DNA from: Podarcis liolepis
Lineage: Eukaryota
Length of the DNA stretch: 64,000 nt
Assembly: GCA_965112155.1 (NCBI GenBank)
Contig: OZ218112.1
Reading direction: 5' to 3' (one strand)
This document shows positions 1 to 12,561 of the stretch, one piece after another (positions within the stretch are counted from its first letter, which is position 1; each line of letters opens with the position of its first letter). The notes beneath the pieces were generated by a model, which saw only the letters and a list, made by a program, of their open reading frames with translations, ran no database searches and was not told the DNA's origin. Made by a program: the position numbers and the translations under genes.

Positions 1-710
1 TAGCGCATCCGCCGTGGGGACGGCCTCTGCGGGGACGGGACGCGGGACTACACGGTCTGGGCTCCGGGAGCGCAAACACTTGTGGCTGCCGCCGCCGCTA
101 CCAGCGAGCAAGGAAGAAGGAATCGGTGGAGAAGTGGCGGCGGCGGCAGCGAAGGGACCGGCATTCCCTCAGGAGGGTGCCTCGACGTGCTGGCAGCAAC
201 GAGCACAGCCGAGCGCAATCTGATCCGAACCCCAAGCCTGGAGGGCGCGTGAGTGGGGGAGTCGCGCCAAACCTCCGCCGAAGCGCGACTAGGCGCTGCC
301 GCCCGTCGGGCGAGATCGACACGTCCACAGCCTCTCAGCCCAGCCCTCTCCTCGCTCTCTTGCTTGGGCTACCGACTCCTGGCTCCCCCTTATCCTTCGG
401 GAGAGAAGGGTAAAAGTTTAGCATCGCGCCGCCTAGCCGCCCTCCGCTGTTTTGGCCCAGCAAGCGAAGTGTGTGCGTGAGACGCAACCGGGCCGGGCTG
501 GCGGGCGTGCAGGAGAGCGGCTCCCATCCTACTGGGTCCTAACGCCCCATCTGCTGGTCTTGGGTGGAGGAAGGAGCCGGCGACATTGGCAAAGAGCAGC
601 GTCCCCAGGCCCCCAAAGGCAGTGTCCCTCGATATGTCAGAGGGCTACTCCCGGGGGAAGGAGGGTCTGGACGCGCCGAAGGAAGCTAGAAGGGGCTGCG
701 CGGGAAATGC
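1..710. promoter_or_regulatory. CpG island, probable promoter or 5' end of the next gene
   Basis: Dense CpG and GC content with (GCC)n runs against a CpG-poor background; no TE termini seen. Confidence 0.7.
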
Positions 711-1104
711 TGGAAGGTCTTCACCTGCTGTTAGAAGGAGAGCAAGGAGGGAGCCAGTATAACTTCTCTAGAGAGGGAATTCCAAATTTGCTTGTGAGCA
801 GCTACCACTGAGAAGGCCTCTCCCATTCAGTGGACCTGTCAAGTCATGAGGCTCTCACAAATTTCTAACTACTTTGGGGGATATCATACACACAAGTGGC
901 TACCAGCCATGATGGTTATGCTCTGTTTCCACAGTCAGAGGAAATAATGCTTTTTTCTACTAGTTGTTGGGAACTGCAGGGTAAGAGCAGAGCGCTCTTG
1001 TGATTGGGTTCTGCTTGTGGGCTTTTTCTGAGAGGAGATATGATAGCCATTTTCAAATATATATAAAGCACTGTCAAATGGAAGATGGTGCAAGCTTGTT
1101 TTCT

Positions 1105-3600
1105 CAACCAGCTACAAATCCACATAACAGTTACCTCGCCCAGCCAACATTTTACCAAATTTTCTGCAAGAATATCAAGATACACTACATCCACAGAGTT
1201 CCCCTGATCTACCAAGCTTGTAACTCTATCAAAAAGAAAGAGATTTGTCTGGCATGACTTGCTTTTGAGCAACTCATGCTGCGTCTTAGTAACCACAGCA
1301 TCCTTTTGTATGTGCTCACAGATTGATTGTTTAATTAGGACCTTTCCTGTTATCACTGTCAAGCTCACTGGACAGTAGTTACCTGGGTCTTCTCCCCTCC
1401 CTCTTTGAAGAGAGAGACAACATTTACTCTCCTCCAGTTTGCAGGGACTTCACCTGTTCTCCAAGAATTCTCAAGGATTATAGACAAAAGCTCCAAGATT
1501 ACATCCACAAGCTCCTTGGCTTCAGCTCATCAGGCCCTGGAGATTTGAATTCATTTAAAGTAACTAGGTGTTCCTTTACCACCTCTTTTCCTATCTTCGG
1601 CTGCAGCTACTTCCTGGCATTGTTTATTCTGTTATCACCAGGTTTGGCACTGCTTTCCTTTTGGATGTAGACAGAGGCAAAGTAGGTGCTCAGCAGTTCT
1701 GCCTTCTCTATGCCACCCAATAGCATTTTTCCACCTTCTCCACACAGGGGATGTACTACTTGCTTGTTCTTCCTCTTGCTTCAAACATAGCTGAAGAAAC
1801 CTTTTTTATTCTTTTTAACCTGTCTCGCAAGCCTGAGCTCATTCTGAGCTTTGGCCTGAGTGACATTCACCCTGCAGCTGTTGGCTATTCATGCATACTC
1901 TCCTTTTGTGATTTCCTCTTTCTTCAATTTATTATACATGCCCTTCTTAAATCTTAGCTCATCTCTAAGCTCCTTATGCAGCCCCACCATTTTCTTTAGA
2001 TGCCTCCCACTTCTTTTTCTTGTTAGAATTGTCTGCATTTGTGCCTTCAGTATTTCGCCTCTAAGAAATTCCCATCCATCTTGGACTCACTTCTCTTTTG
2101 AGTATTTTTGACATGGGATTTCACCTGGTAGTTCCTTCAGCTTTTGGAAATCAGCCTTCTTAAAGCCCAGAGTGCATGCCTGACTACACTCAGCTTTCTT
2201 TCACCTCTGTATAGTGAAACTCAGGAGAAAACAATTACTTCCTCCCAAGTTTTTTTAGTACTTCCATTTTGGTGATCAGTTCTTCTCTTTTGGTGAGGAC
2301 CAGGTCCAAGACAGATGATTCCTTTGTTGCTTCTTCCACCTTCTGGGAAATGAAACTGTCAGTGAGGCTATGGAGCAATTTGTTGGACCTTACATTCATG
2401 GCAGAGTTTGAGTCCCAACAAATGTCTAGTCTCCCATTGCAACTATATCTCTCCTTTTTGAACCTTTGGTAATCAGCTCTAGGAAGGCGTTATCCAAGTC
2501 TGGCTTGGCGATCTATGGCAAACACCCACTGTAAGGTCTCTGTTGTTTCCTTATCCTACAATTTTTACCCATATACTCTCAATATGCCTTCTGGGTCATG
2601 GGTCACTTTACAAGCAGAATGCTACTACTTCTCCCTTCCTGTTTAGTCTATTCCCTCTAATACACCTGTATTTCTACATTCTAGTCCTTAGTTTCATCCC
2701 ACCAGGTTTCAGTAATGCCTACTAGGTCATATTTGCCATCCTGCATTAAAAGCTCTGATTTGTCTTCCTTGTTTCCCATACTCTGCATTTGTGTAGAGCC
2801 AATGATACCATGAGTCATTCTCTCCACCTCCTTCCTTCTTGTAGTTCCCTGCCCTTTAGCAGGTTTCTGGAGTACCACCTCAGTTTCCTGTGCATCAATG
2901 AAGCTATTATCCCCAGGACCAGGTGTTCCCCTGTCATCTGTAGTGTTGCTTCCCTCGCCCTCGGGATTTAGTTTAAAGCTCTCCTAATCAGGTTCACAAG
3001 ACTCTTAGCAAGCACATTCTTGCCAACTGCTGTGAGGTACAACTCATCTTTTACAAGAAGGTCTTCCTCAAAGAAGCAGAGACTTGTGCTTTCCAACAAC
3101 AGATCATGGAGGCAGAGAAGAGCCACTACATAAATTTTTCCAATACTGTTTTAAATCCATCAGATTTGGTGCCCATCACCGCCTCTCATGGGAGAGAATT
3201 CCATAGCTTATGTGCTGCATGGTAGTACTTCCTTTCATCCATCCCCAGTCTTCCAAAATTCACCTGCATTGGATGCCCATGAGTTCTAGTGTTATGAGAG
3301 AGGGAGGAAAACTCAGGCCTCTTCCTCAAGAGGTAGACTGGGGCTACAGCAGAGATAAGAAGTTCGAGAAGGCAGCTCATGGTGGCCTGGCAATGGCCTC
3401 ATGTGAACAGTTGTTGTGCTGCTGAGTTCTGCAGTACAAGTGGCAGTTGACAGTCATGCTGCTCAGATTCACACTGATGGTTCCAGTCCTTGGTGCAGGA
3501 AGGATGAATCTCCCACCCCTTCCTGGCCAAGTGGTTTGTTGTTAAGGAGTGTCTTTTCTGTGTTTAGGTCACAGCCTTCTATTTGAGGAGCTCAAGGTTC
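1105..3600 (-). mobile_element. Degraded CR1 LINE (ORF1 end, endonuclease, start of RT), interrupted at about 3130-3320 by another CR1 3' fragment
   Basis: Minus-strand peptides KSCQTNL..FDRVTSLVDQGNSVDVVYLD and YDLVGITETWWD; frameshifts and stops. Confidence 0.9.
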
Positions 3601-4846
3601 TAAGCCCCAAACAAAATGAACTTTTTCATCCATTGCCCCCTGCTCTCTGTGCCCTCCCTCAAACTTGCCCTCAGTGCTTTGTCCTCAATGGGCTCATTCT
3701 TATTGGGCAATGATGAGGCAAAAATTAGGGTTCTGCATTGTTTGTCTCTTGGCAAATGTAACCCCAGAGGAGGCAGGTGTATTTGGGCATCAGTCACCAC
3801 CTGGTATTAGCCAGCCCTCACCTGCCTGCTTTCTTACTTTCAACCAGTGCAGAAGATGGTGCTGCTTGTCAGCTTCCTTCTCCTTAAGCTTACTGTTGCC
3901 CTTTGTAGAATTTGGCAGGGAAGAGGAGGAGGAGGAGGAGGAGGGAAGAAAACTAGGATTAACTGGCTTTGCTGGTCACTGAATTTGGCTTCATTTGATC
4001 TCTCGGCTTACTGCCCTATTTGTTCCAAAGGGTGCCAGCCTACAGCCCTGTTCTGTTGTATGATAATTGGAAGGCATGTTGTGGCACTGCTGCCCCTACT
4101 CACTGAAGGGTAACCTGGCCTGTGGGCCTTTGAGAAGCCCAGCCGCACTGAGGTGATGATGACTCTGGGTGGAGCAATATGCTCAATGATGTAAGCATCT
4201 CTCCTGTCCTATGGTCCCTCTTCAAGGGCAGTTGTCCCACACCAGACAAGCCAGCTGGGAAGAACCAGCGCAGAGCAGATGCTCTGTCCTGTCTTGCACA
4301 TCATTGATCAGCCCTCCAGCTGGTCTCTGCTTCCAGCATCATTAGAGCCAGTGATGCTGCATGGATGAAGCAGGAAGGATTCATTTGGCTTCCAGGAGCC
4401 TGGTTGTGCTCCATGGGCTGACAGAGGGAACAGAAAGTGTTTTAGAAGTGCAGGTTGAGCAGTTGTGACAAGATGGAAATTCAGAAGAGATGGAAAGGGG
4501 AGGAAAGAAGTAGCTTCCCTCCTACTCTCTCTCCCCTCCCCAATATATCTGAGCACCTCTGTTCTTCAAGAGGGCCAACTCCCAGTGTAGAAAACCATTT
4601 CCCAGTAGAGCAGGCAAAGTGGAAAAGAGATAAAGAAACAGATGACATCATGTGAGATTAAACAAAAGCATACATGGAGCTCCTCCTAAAATCTCCTTCC
4701 CTTCACTGTTGTCAACAAAAGTATCCTCTGGTGACTTTGAAATTTCCTGTGGTGTGGCTGAAAAATTGGTGTCTGAGTGTTTCTTCCCAGCATATCTAGG
4801 AATTATTACTAGGGCCACACCCTATTATTTGTGGGCAGATTTGCTA

Positions 4847-4849
<3 letters not shown>

Positions 4850-4907
<58 letters not shown>

Positions 4908-4908
4908 T
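4850..4908. repeat. (CT)n(GT)n compound microsatellite
   Basis: Direct reading. Confidence 0.95.
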
Positions 4909-5167
4909 CCTTCCTGCTCTGCTGAATTTCAGTTTGGTTTTGAAACATAGGAATGCTAGTGCTGCAAACTGTGGTTTACACCAAAATCCCACATACCCTA
5001 ATGCTCAGAATGCAAATAGTGGTGCACCTCTTTGCACAAATGATCACACACATGCAATTCACTATCTTTTTGACGGCACACACAACTGCAAATTGCTGTG
5101 ACTCTTGGGTGTCTTCTCTCCTAATGTTTGCTAATCTTGTTTGTCACTCTTAAACCCAGGATAAATC

Positions 5168-5741
5168 TGTTGGTGGCAAAGAAAAACTTAACATATAACA
5201 GAGAACTCTCTGGATGGCAAAATACAAATTTGGAGCAAGTACTCTTTGGTCAGTGCTCCTGCAGATATTTAAAATCACAAAATATCCAGCAAGGTAAAGT
5301 GTGAAAATATATGCTGTTAGACCTTTAAAATATGCCCTTGTGAGTTCCTACTGAAGTTTCCCTCTTCCCCTAGCATAGTAAAAGGACCACATGCATGGTA
5401 AGTTAAAAACGGTTTACTTACAAACTCTCCAGAAACATTACACAGGCAGTAATGCTTGGCTTAGTTAACAGTGGTGAAAGTTCCTAAATTATTGGTATAG
5501 GAACAAAACAGCGGCTTGTAAGAGCCATGCAGTCTGAGCTGCAGCAACCTGCTCAAAACCTCATCACATGTTGATCTTCTCTTGTAGACTGAAGGGGAAC
5601 AATAGGCTTGAATACCTTCCTCCCAAGGTGAAGGGAAGTGACCTAGCTAAGCCTGGCAGAACAGTTTTCTCTATAGTGTTAACCCCTTCATGCACTAATT
5701 AGACTTAGGCATGTTAGTTATATGAGGGTTGATATCCCACA
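5168..5741 (-). mobile_element. Solo LTR, family A copy 1
   Basis: TG...CA termini; similar over its length to copies at 11991, 22556 and 28145. Confidence 0.75.
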
Positions 5742-6545
5742 GCCTGAGATGCTTAGAAGAGATGAAGGGGAGATGTACCACAAAGAGGAACACCCTTCCA
5801 AGGAGAGGAAGAAAGGAGGCCTCAGGAAGCCCCAGCAACATGAAAAACAGAAACAAGGAGAATGAAAGGGAAGCAAAGGAGAACCTTGCAGAAAACTCTC
5901 TCAGGAGCAGGCAAACAGGGTCCCCCTCAGAACAGGCAAACAGGGCCTCTGTGGTTCACTACTTTACATTTAATAGGATGGCAAGCTATAAATAATGCAT
6001 TATTATGTAATGATCATTATTTCACTTGAAACACACTTCTGTGTCAAAAGCATCATTGTCTCAACTCCAGTTCTCACCCTAGTGTCATGCGAGTTGACTC
6101 TACTCTAGTGCCTGGAAAGGGTTGGTCCACTAGTGGAAAGGGTCCACTAGTGCCTGGAAAGGGTTGGTCAGGGCAGGAGGCTCTCAGTGTGGAGCTCTAT
6201 GTGGAGTGTGGAGGATAAGGCCCTACCTTGTTGAGGTGTCAGTCTGGCCAGTGCTCAGCCCTGATGCTGAGGCACCACCTTTCATGAAGCCTGACAAAAC
6301 AGCCCTTCCTCTAAGTTCAGTCTAAGTTCTGGACAACATTCCCCGCAGCCCCTAGCCCAGCTTGGCAACCTTGTAAGTGGGTTGCTCTTTGATAGCACAG
6401 AGAAGTTCAAAACATAAGAAGAGCCATGCAGCTGGATTAGTACAAAGGGGGCCCATTTTGCTGAGCATCTTCTTACACTGGTCAACCAGAAACCCCAAAG
6501 AGAAGCCTGTAAGTAGGACATGAGTGTACCTGCTGTGGGAGACTG

Positions 6546-7467
6546 CAGTCAAATTCAACAAATGTGTATTCTTGTTGATGAGTAAGTCTAAAGGTAAAGG
6601 GACCCCTGACCATTAGGTCCAGTCGTGACCAACTCTGGGGTTGCGGCGCTCATCTCGCTTTATTGGCCGAGGGAGCCGGCGTACAGCTTCCGGGTCATGT
6701 GGCCAGCATGACTAAGCTGCTTCTGGCGAACCAGAGCAGCGCGCGGAAACGCCGTTTACCTTCCCGCCAGAGCGGTACCTATTTATCTACTTGCACTTTG
6801 ACGTGCTTTCAAACTGCTAGGTTGGCAAGAGCAGGGACCGAGCAATGGGAGCTCAGCCCATCACGGGGATTCAAACCGCCAACCTTCTGATCAGTAAGTC
6901 CTAGGCTCTGTGGTTTAACCCACAGCGCCACCCGCGTCCCTGAGTAAGTCTAGGTGCTGTAAATTTCTAGGTGGGCAGACTCAGACCATAGGAATGTAAT
7001 TGGTGGAAAGAGAGCTCTGTGTGGTGTCATTTCCCCTGTTTCCAATGGTAGGAAGAAACAAGAGATATAAACTCTTCTCCTTTCTGTCGTTCTCTCTCTC
7101 TCTTACTCTCTCTCGGTCTCTCTCTCTTCTTCAAGCAGCAATGAATGCACACATGGCTATGCTTGATCTAGCTCAGGCAGAATCCTGATAGTGGTTATGC
7201 TATAAATATAAGTATTTTACCTGCATAGTTTTACTGCTACCTTTGCTGTGAACCAATGCAAGACTGTTAAGTAAGTAAACAATATTTTTAAAGCTTACTT
7301 TACAAGTCATTGCCTGATTCTTTGTTATGTGGGGAAACCAAGGCGAAGCCAGCTTAATTCCTAAGCTGCAATTGCTCAAAACAGAAGGCTTTGCAAGCTA
7401 ATTTTCCAAAGCTTCTATTTTTGCTGCCACGGATAGGATTTTAAAACACTGTATAAACCCTCAAACA
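6546..7467 (+). mobile_element. LTR-like element (related to family B) carrying a nested Sauria SINE
   Basis: Flanked by direct repeat TGGGAGACTG (6536-6545 and 7468-7477); gtaagtaaac motif; ends in CA. Confidence 0.55.
6591..6940 (-). mobile_element. Sauria SINE, full length
   Basis: tRNA-like head GGGACGCGGGTGGCGCTGTGGGTTAAACC, core GCAAGTAGATAAATAGGTACC, ACCTTT-type tail; exact 12-bp TSD TGAGTAAGTCTA. Confidence 0.93.
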
Positions 7468-8919
7468 TGGGAGACTGGAGGAATAAATTGTAAATAATAT
7501 ATCCTCTCCTACCTTACTAAAGCCCATCCCACGGCTCCTACACCTGAAGGTTAGTCTAAAAAGGCTCCTGCTCTTGCTCACTGAAGGGAATTACTCTTCC
7601 TGCCTTCCTGGAACAGTTAGTATAGAACTTTGGCATTGCAGAACATGACTCATGGGGAGACTGTTCCACAGCAATTCCCCTCAGTATTAGCTGCAGGATG
7701 GCATCCTCTGCAATATTGCTTGGCATGGGGAAGAGATTGCTGCCACCTCCACCACAATTCTTCTCTTTTCCCATGGAGTAGAAGGGCTGTCCTGAGTCCA
7801 AAGCAAACAGTGCTGAGCCTGCCTGTGCAGCAGGGAAGGAGCTGGGTTTTATCATGTGGCTTCTGCTCTAGTGATATTGCCTCAAGCTTTCTGGACTCAC
7901 AATTCCTTTAACAAATGCAGCCCTGGCCAGGTGGCGCCCATGCCCCTTCTCCTTCCTCCCACTTCTTTCATAGCAGTGACAGCCTCAAGAAGGGAACCAC
8001 TGGGAAGATTAACAGTATCTGACAAGTGGAAGACTTTGCAGCACAGCTGAGTGGGCCTGCCTTCTGTGTTTGCAAATGGACTCTGATTCCTGACCTGCCT
8101 AGTGGTGATAGCTGCCACTTGAGCCTGCCTGCTTCCCCCAGACACATGGATCCTGGCCTGCCCAGAGACTTGTAGAGGCAGGCATCATGTCAAGAACCCT
8201 CTGATTCTTCCACAACCTGACACACACTTTGTGGACTTTCTAAGGAAATGGGCTGGAAACTGACAGCCCCCACCCCCCACAATTCTTTGCAATTGACAGC
8301 AGGCTGGAATACAGGAAGGTGGAGTCCTAGGGCACTTTCTATACAGACATGACGGCTGTGGCAATGACGCTCTATCAGTTATGCAAAGCGAAATGGCAGG
8401 CGGCCCTTTGGACCTTGGTGTAACCTGCTGGGCAAATTATGCTCCAAACTCCCAGAATTGCAGCATGGAGGGCGCCAGTCAGTTGGAACCTGGGTCGCAG
8501 AATTGCCAAAGAGAGATGAGAAAAGAGGCAGCATTTTTCCTTTTAACAAAAAGTTTGTTTGTTGAAATTTTCAGCAATGGACAAGAAGGGGGGGGAGAAC
8601 AAATATCTAAAAAATGCATCCTTAGAGGTGTTGAGTCTGGTGCCAGCTGGCAGAAGTAGCCTGAAGAGTGTGTGTGTTACTGCACCTTTGCAAACCTGAT
8701 TAATGACATATCTGTATGTGGGCTGGTGCAAAAACCAGTGAGGCTGCCCCAGATCCAGCAACTCAGATAATTGAGCTTCTACTTGCTGGTTCTTTTGCTG
8801 GGCTGGGAGCTGTGCAAGCATATAGCCCCCACTTCAGGCACATCCACAGTGCAGCACATATCTCTGCTTCAAGTCGGTGGCCTTCTTCTCAAGGCAGCCA
8901 CAGCAGTTCCCCCCGCTCC

Positions 8920-9300
8920 CTCCTCCAACACTAGAACTCATGGGCATCCAGTGAAGCTCAGTGTTGGAGGATTCAGGACAGAGAAAAGACATCACTTCTT
9001 CATGCACTGCAGAGTGAAAGTATAGAACTCACTCCTCTAGAAGGCAGTGATGCCACCAACTTGGCTTTAAAATAAGTTACACAAATACATGGAGGAGGAG
9101 AAGGCTATCAATGGCTACTAGCCTTGATGGCTATGCTCTGCTTCCACTGTCAGAAGCAGTATACCTTTGAATACCAGTTTGCTTTCACACTCATGTCCTT
9201 AACAGGCTTCCTTGGAGGGCATCTGGTTTACCACCGTGAGAACAGGATGGTAGATTAGATGGGCCCCTTCGTCTTGTTCCAGCAGGCTCTGCTTATGTTC
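8920..9300 (+). mobile_element. CR1 3' fragment with squamate 3'UTR tail
   Basis: NTRTHGHPVKL..GGFRTEKR is the CR1 ORF2 C-terminal motif. Confidence 0.75.
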
Positions 9301-10139
9301 TCATAGTCAGATGCTCTTAACAGCACATGACATGCAACTGCCTTTGAACAGAAAGCAACAGGCACGTGCATTGTCCTACAAATAAAATTAAATAAATCTG
9401 CATTACGGCAATACCTTAATGTGAGCAACCAACCTGTCACAAGACTGTGTGCCAGCTTTCAAGTCCTCAAGACTCCCTTGGGCCATATTAGGTTCAGACA
9501 GAGACAGCTTCATCAACAGGCATAGAGCTCAATGCAACTGTTGTGCTTCCGCAAGCTGAATCAGCACCTGCCAAATCACCCCCACAAACTCACTTTTGAT
9601 TTCTTTGCCATGTCTTTTTCTGACATTTTGGTTGCCTGCATAATGGTGTCACTCTAATGTGAATCTCTGGACAGTGGCCCATAAATCTCTGGAGCACTCC
9701 TTCCTCAATCCATCTGACCTCATGAAAGGCTCCCACAGATTTGGGAAGGGGAAGTGCATAAACCCATGTGCAGTAAGTTGTTCTTCTGCCATCTTCACAG
9801 GAGATACCCACCAGTGTCCCTCCCTCCTGCAGCTGTCAAGAGGCTGATGCTGCCACCTTCAGCTCACCAGTCATCTGCTTCAGCTCTGGAATTCATCCAT
9901 TACTCACTCAGACATGCAACCAGCAGATTTCTGACACCCTGTTTTGCCTGCAGCACATCCCTTTCCAGCCCCAGGGTTCTGTGTCATGCTTCCCCAGGCT
10001 GAAGCAGCACCAGCCAAATCATTTTGCAGAAAAGGAGGCTGGTGTGGTCCTCCTGCCAGCAGCTGCCACCTCCTCCTCCTTGGCAGGGAAGGTCCCCTCC
10101 CTATCCAGCGTTTCTACTTGAAACCAGAAGATGAATGGG

Positions 10140-10340
10140 TCATAGGAACATAGGAAGCTGCCTTATACTGAGTCAGACCATTGCTCTATCTAGCTCAGTA
10201 TTGTCTACATTGACTGACAGAAGCTGTTGAGGATTTCTGGCAGGGGGATCTTGTCAAGCCCTACCTAGAGATGCCAGGGATTGAACCTGGGACCTTTTGC
10301 TTGCAAGACAGATTCTCTACCTCTAAGCTATGGCCCTTCC
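10140..10340 (-). mobile_element. tRNA-derived squamate SINE (Squam3-like); other copies at about 15910-16200(-), 16490-16815(+), 31715-31882(+), 53095-53275(+)
   Basis: A/B-box head (…GCAAGCAAAAGGTCCCAGGTTCAATCCCTGGCATCTC) and shared tail CAATACTGAGCTAGAT…GGCAGCTTCCTATG. Confidence 0.75.
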
Positions 10341-11299
10341 CCTTTGTCTTCCCCACTGCACTTCTCCCTCAGAAGAGAATGGTAATGATGATTAATAGTA
10401 ATAATTAATAGTAATAATAGTGGAGGTGCCTGCTTCCAGGCCCTGGGGAAAGGAGAGAAACTGGGGCGTCTCTAATGAAGCCCTTGAGGGACAAGGAGTG
10501 TCGTGGGAAGCTCTGGGCTGGAGGGACTGTGAGGCCGACAAAAGGAACAGGGCTTTCAGGAGGAGGGAAGTGACTGGAATAGCAAGTGAGGGACGGGCGT
10601 CTTTGAAGGGGACTCTAGTGCTGCCTCCGCGACTGTGTGTCTTTGCTCTGACCTACTTAACGGTGTCATAATCTGATGCAGAAACTTCCTCTAGATGCTA
10701 AATATAAGTGGCATTTCCATTGGCTTCCCAATGTTGTTACTCACTTCTAATCCATACCCCCACCCACAAACACAAACACCCTCCTACTATGGAACTGCCA
10801 ACCTGTGGGAAGCAGGGAGAGCCCCCACCCACTACTCCCCATGGAAAAAACAAGGGATTGGATGCAGGCAGAATGGGGAAGAGGGCAGAGAACTGCTTTT
10901 ACTGAAAACAACACATGCTAAAGAAAGCTCTTTCGGAGGTGCTTCTCCTTGGTGGTGTCCTGCCTTCCCTCCTTTGCTTGCCAAGGGGCTGGGGAGGGGG
11001 AATGGGCAACTTCATTCATGAAGGAGTTGTTTGCTGTCACTGAAGGATGGGAGCCCTGAAGGTCAGGGAGGGGATGTGCTGGCAGCCCAGCTGATTGGAG
11101 CAAGCCAACTGGACCATTAGGTCCCCACTAGTCCAAAGAAGGCAGCCAGGGGGGGGGGGACTAATTATCCAAGGGAAGGGCTGTTAGTGGCCAAGTCCTG
11201 ACCCTGGGGCTGTTTCAAAGAACTTGCCATTTCCAGCACAGAAGGAGAAGTACAGATGAGTGAGATTAGTAAATACATCAAAGCTATGGGGAGCCACCT

Positions 11300-11910
11300 T
11301 GTCTATATAATCTTACATTGTAACAGTTGTTGTTCACTGCAGAAACCACTATGTTGTAAGTTCTATTATCTTGATACTTCATGTATGGTATGTACTTCTA
11401 TAGCACAATTGTTTATATAATTTTGTCAAAATATGTTGAATTACAACATTATATTCATTTATATTACTTAGAATATGTACAACACATGAAGACCAGGAGG
11501 GCGAGTTCTATGACTTTGATATACTACATATGAACATGTACCACTGATGAAGCACATGAGAGCAAAACAAGGCATTATTCTGGAAATACTTGTCAACACT
11601 GTGGAACTGTAGTAGGCTCCAATTTGGACTTTATGAACATATGTGGAACAGACACTAGCAGACATTTGGTCTTTATGAATGAACTGATTTATTTATGAAT
11701 GAACTGAGACTTCCGTCTATATTATTGCACTTTATTTGTTGTTTATGCGCAAGATAAACATTTGATGTTGTGATAAGAATATATAGAAGAGTATTGTTTA
11801 CGTGAATGCACAACCGGTTACGTCTTGTGTGTTTGTCGAATGTATTTCACGTAATGCAAGGTTTGATGTTGTTTTGCAAGACTCCTTGAATCTGGCATCC
11901 CCGCTTTTCA
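11300..11910 (+). mobile_element. AT-rich Penelope-like element relic with degenerate hammerhead motif
   Basis: Abrupt AT-rich block containing CCA-CTGATGA-stem-(G>A)AAA-…-TC-TGG. Confidence 0.5.
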
Positions 11911-11990
11911 CTCCCCTCCAGGCTTTTCACACTCAGCCTCTTCGTGCAACATCCCTCAGCTTATAGGGTGAGAAATGCCAGGCTCAAATA

Positions 11991-12561
11991 TATTGGCTGG
12001 CAAGGAAAAAATATGATGGGTATGAAAAGGAGAACTCCCTGGATGGCAAGATCCAGGTTTGGAGCAAGTACTCTTTGGGCAGAGCTCCCACAGATATTTA
12101 AAGTCACAAAATATGCAGCGTTGAAATATAGGTTTTAGACTTTTAAAATATGCCCTTGTGAGTTCCAAAAACTTCCATCTGCCCCTAGCATAGAAAAAGG
12201 CCATGTTGGGTTAGTTAAAAATGGTTTACTTACAAACTCTTCAAAGATCAGTTTCATGTGTTTTTCCATACATCAGCCAGAAAACACAGGCAGTACAACT
12301 TGCCTTAGGTACAGTGGTGAACGTTCCTAGATTATTGTTATATGAACACCAGAATGGCTTGGAGCTTGGAGCAGCCAGCTCATACCTCTTTTCACACTGA
12401 GCTTCTCAGGTTGAATGAAGGAGAACAATAGGCTTGATTATATTCCTCCTAAGATGAGGGGGAGTGACTTAGCTAAGCTGGCAGGACAGTCTATGGCACT
12501 GACCCCTTCATAAATTAATTAGACTTAAGCATGTTGGTTATATGAGGCTGGTTATCCCACA
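11991..12561 (-). mobile_element. Solo LTR, family A copy 2
   Basis: Similar to copy 1; flanks AAATA and AAATC (near-perfect 5-bp TSD). Confidence 0.75.

Noticed and set aside
916-1368. 150-aa ORF as a host gene
   Set aside because: CR1 reverse-transcriptase fragment.
6106-6170. Short repeated unit CTAGTGCCTGGAAAGGGTTGGTC resembling a repeat-spacer array
   Set aside because: Only a local tandem duplication in eukaryotic DNA; no unique spacers, not CRISPR.
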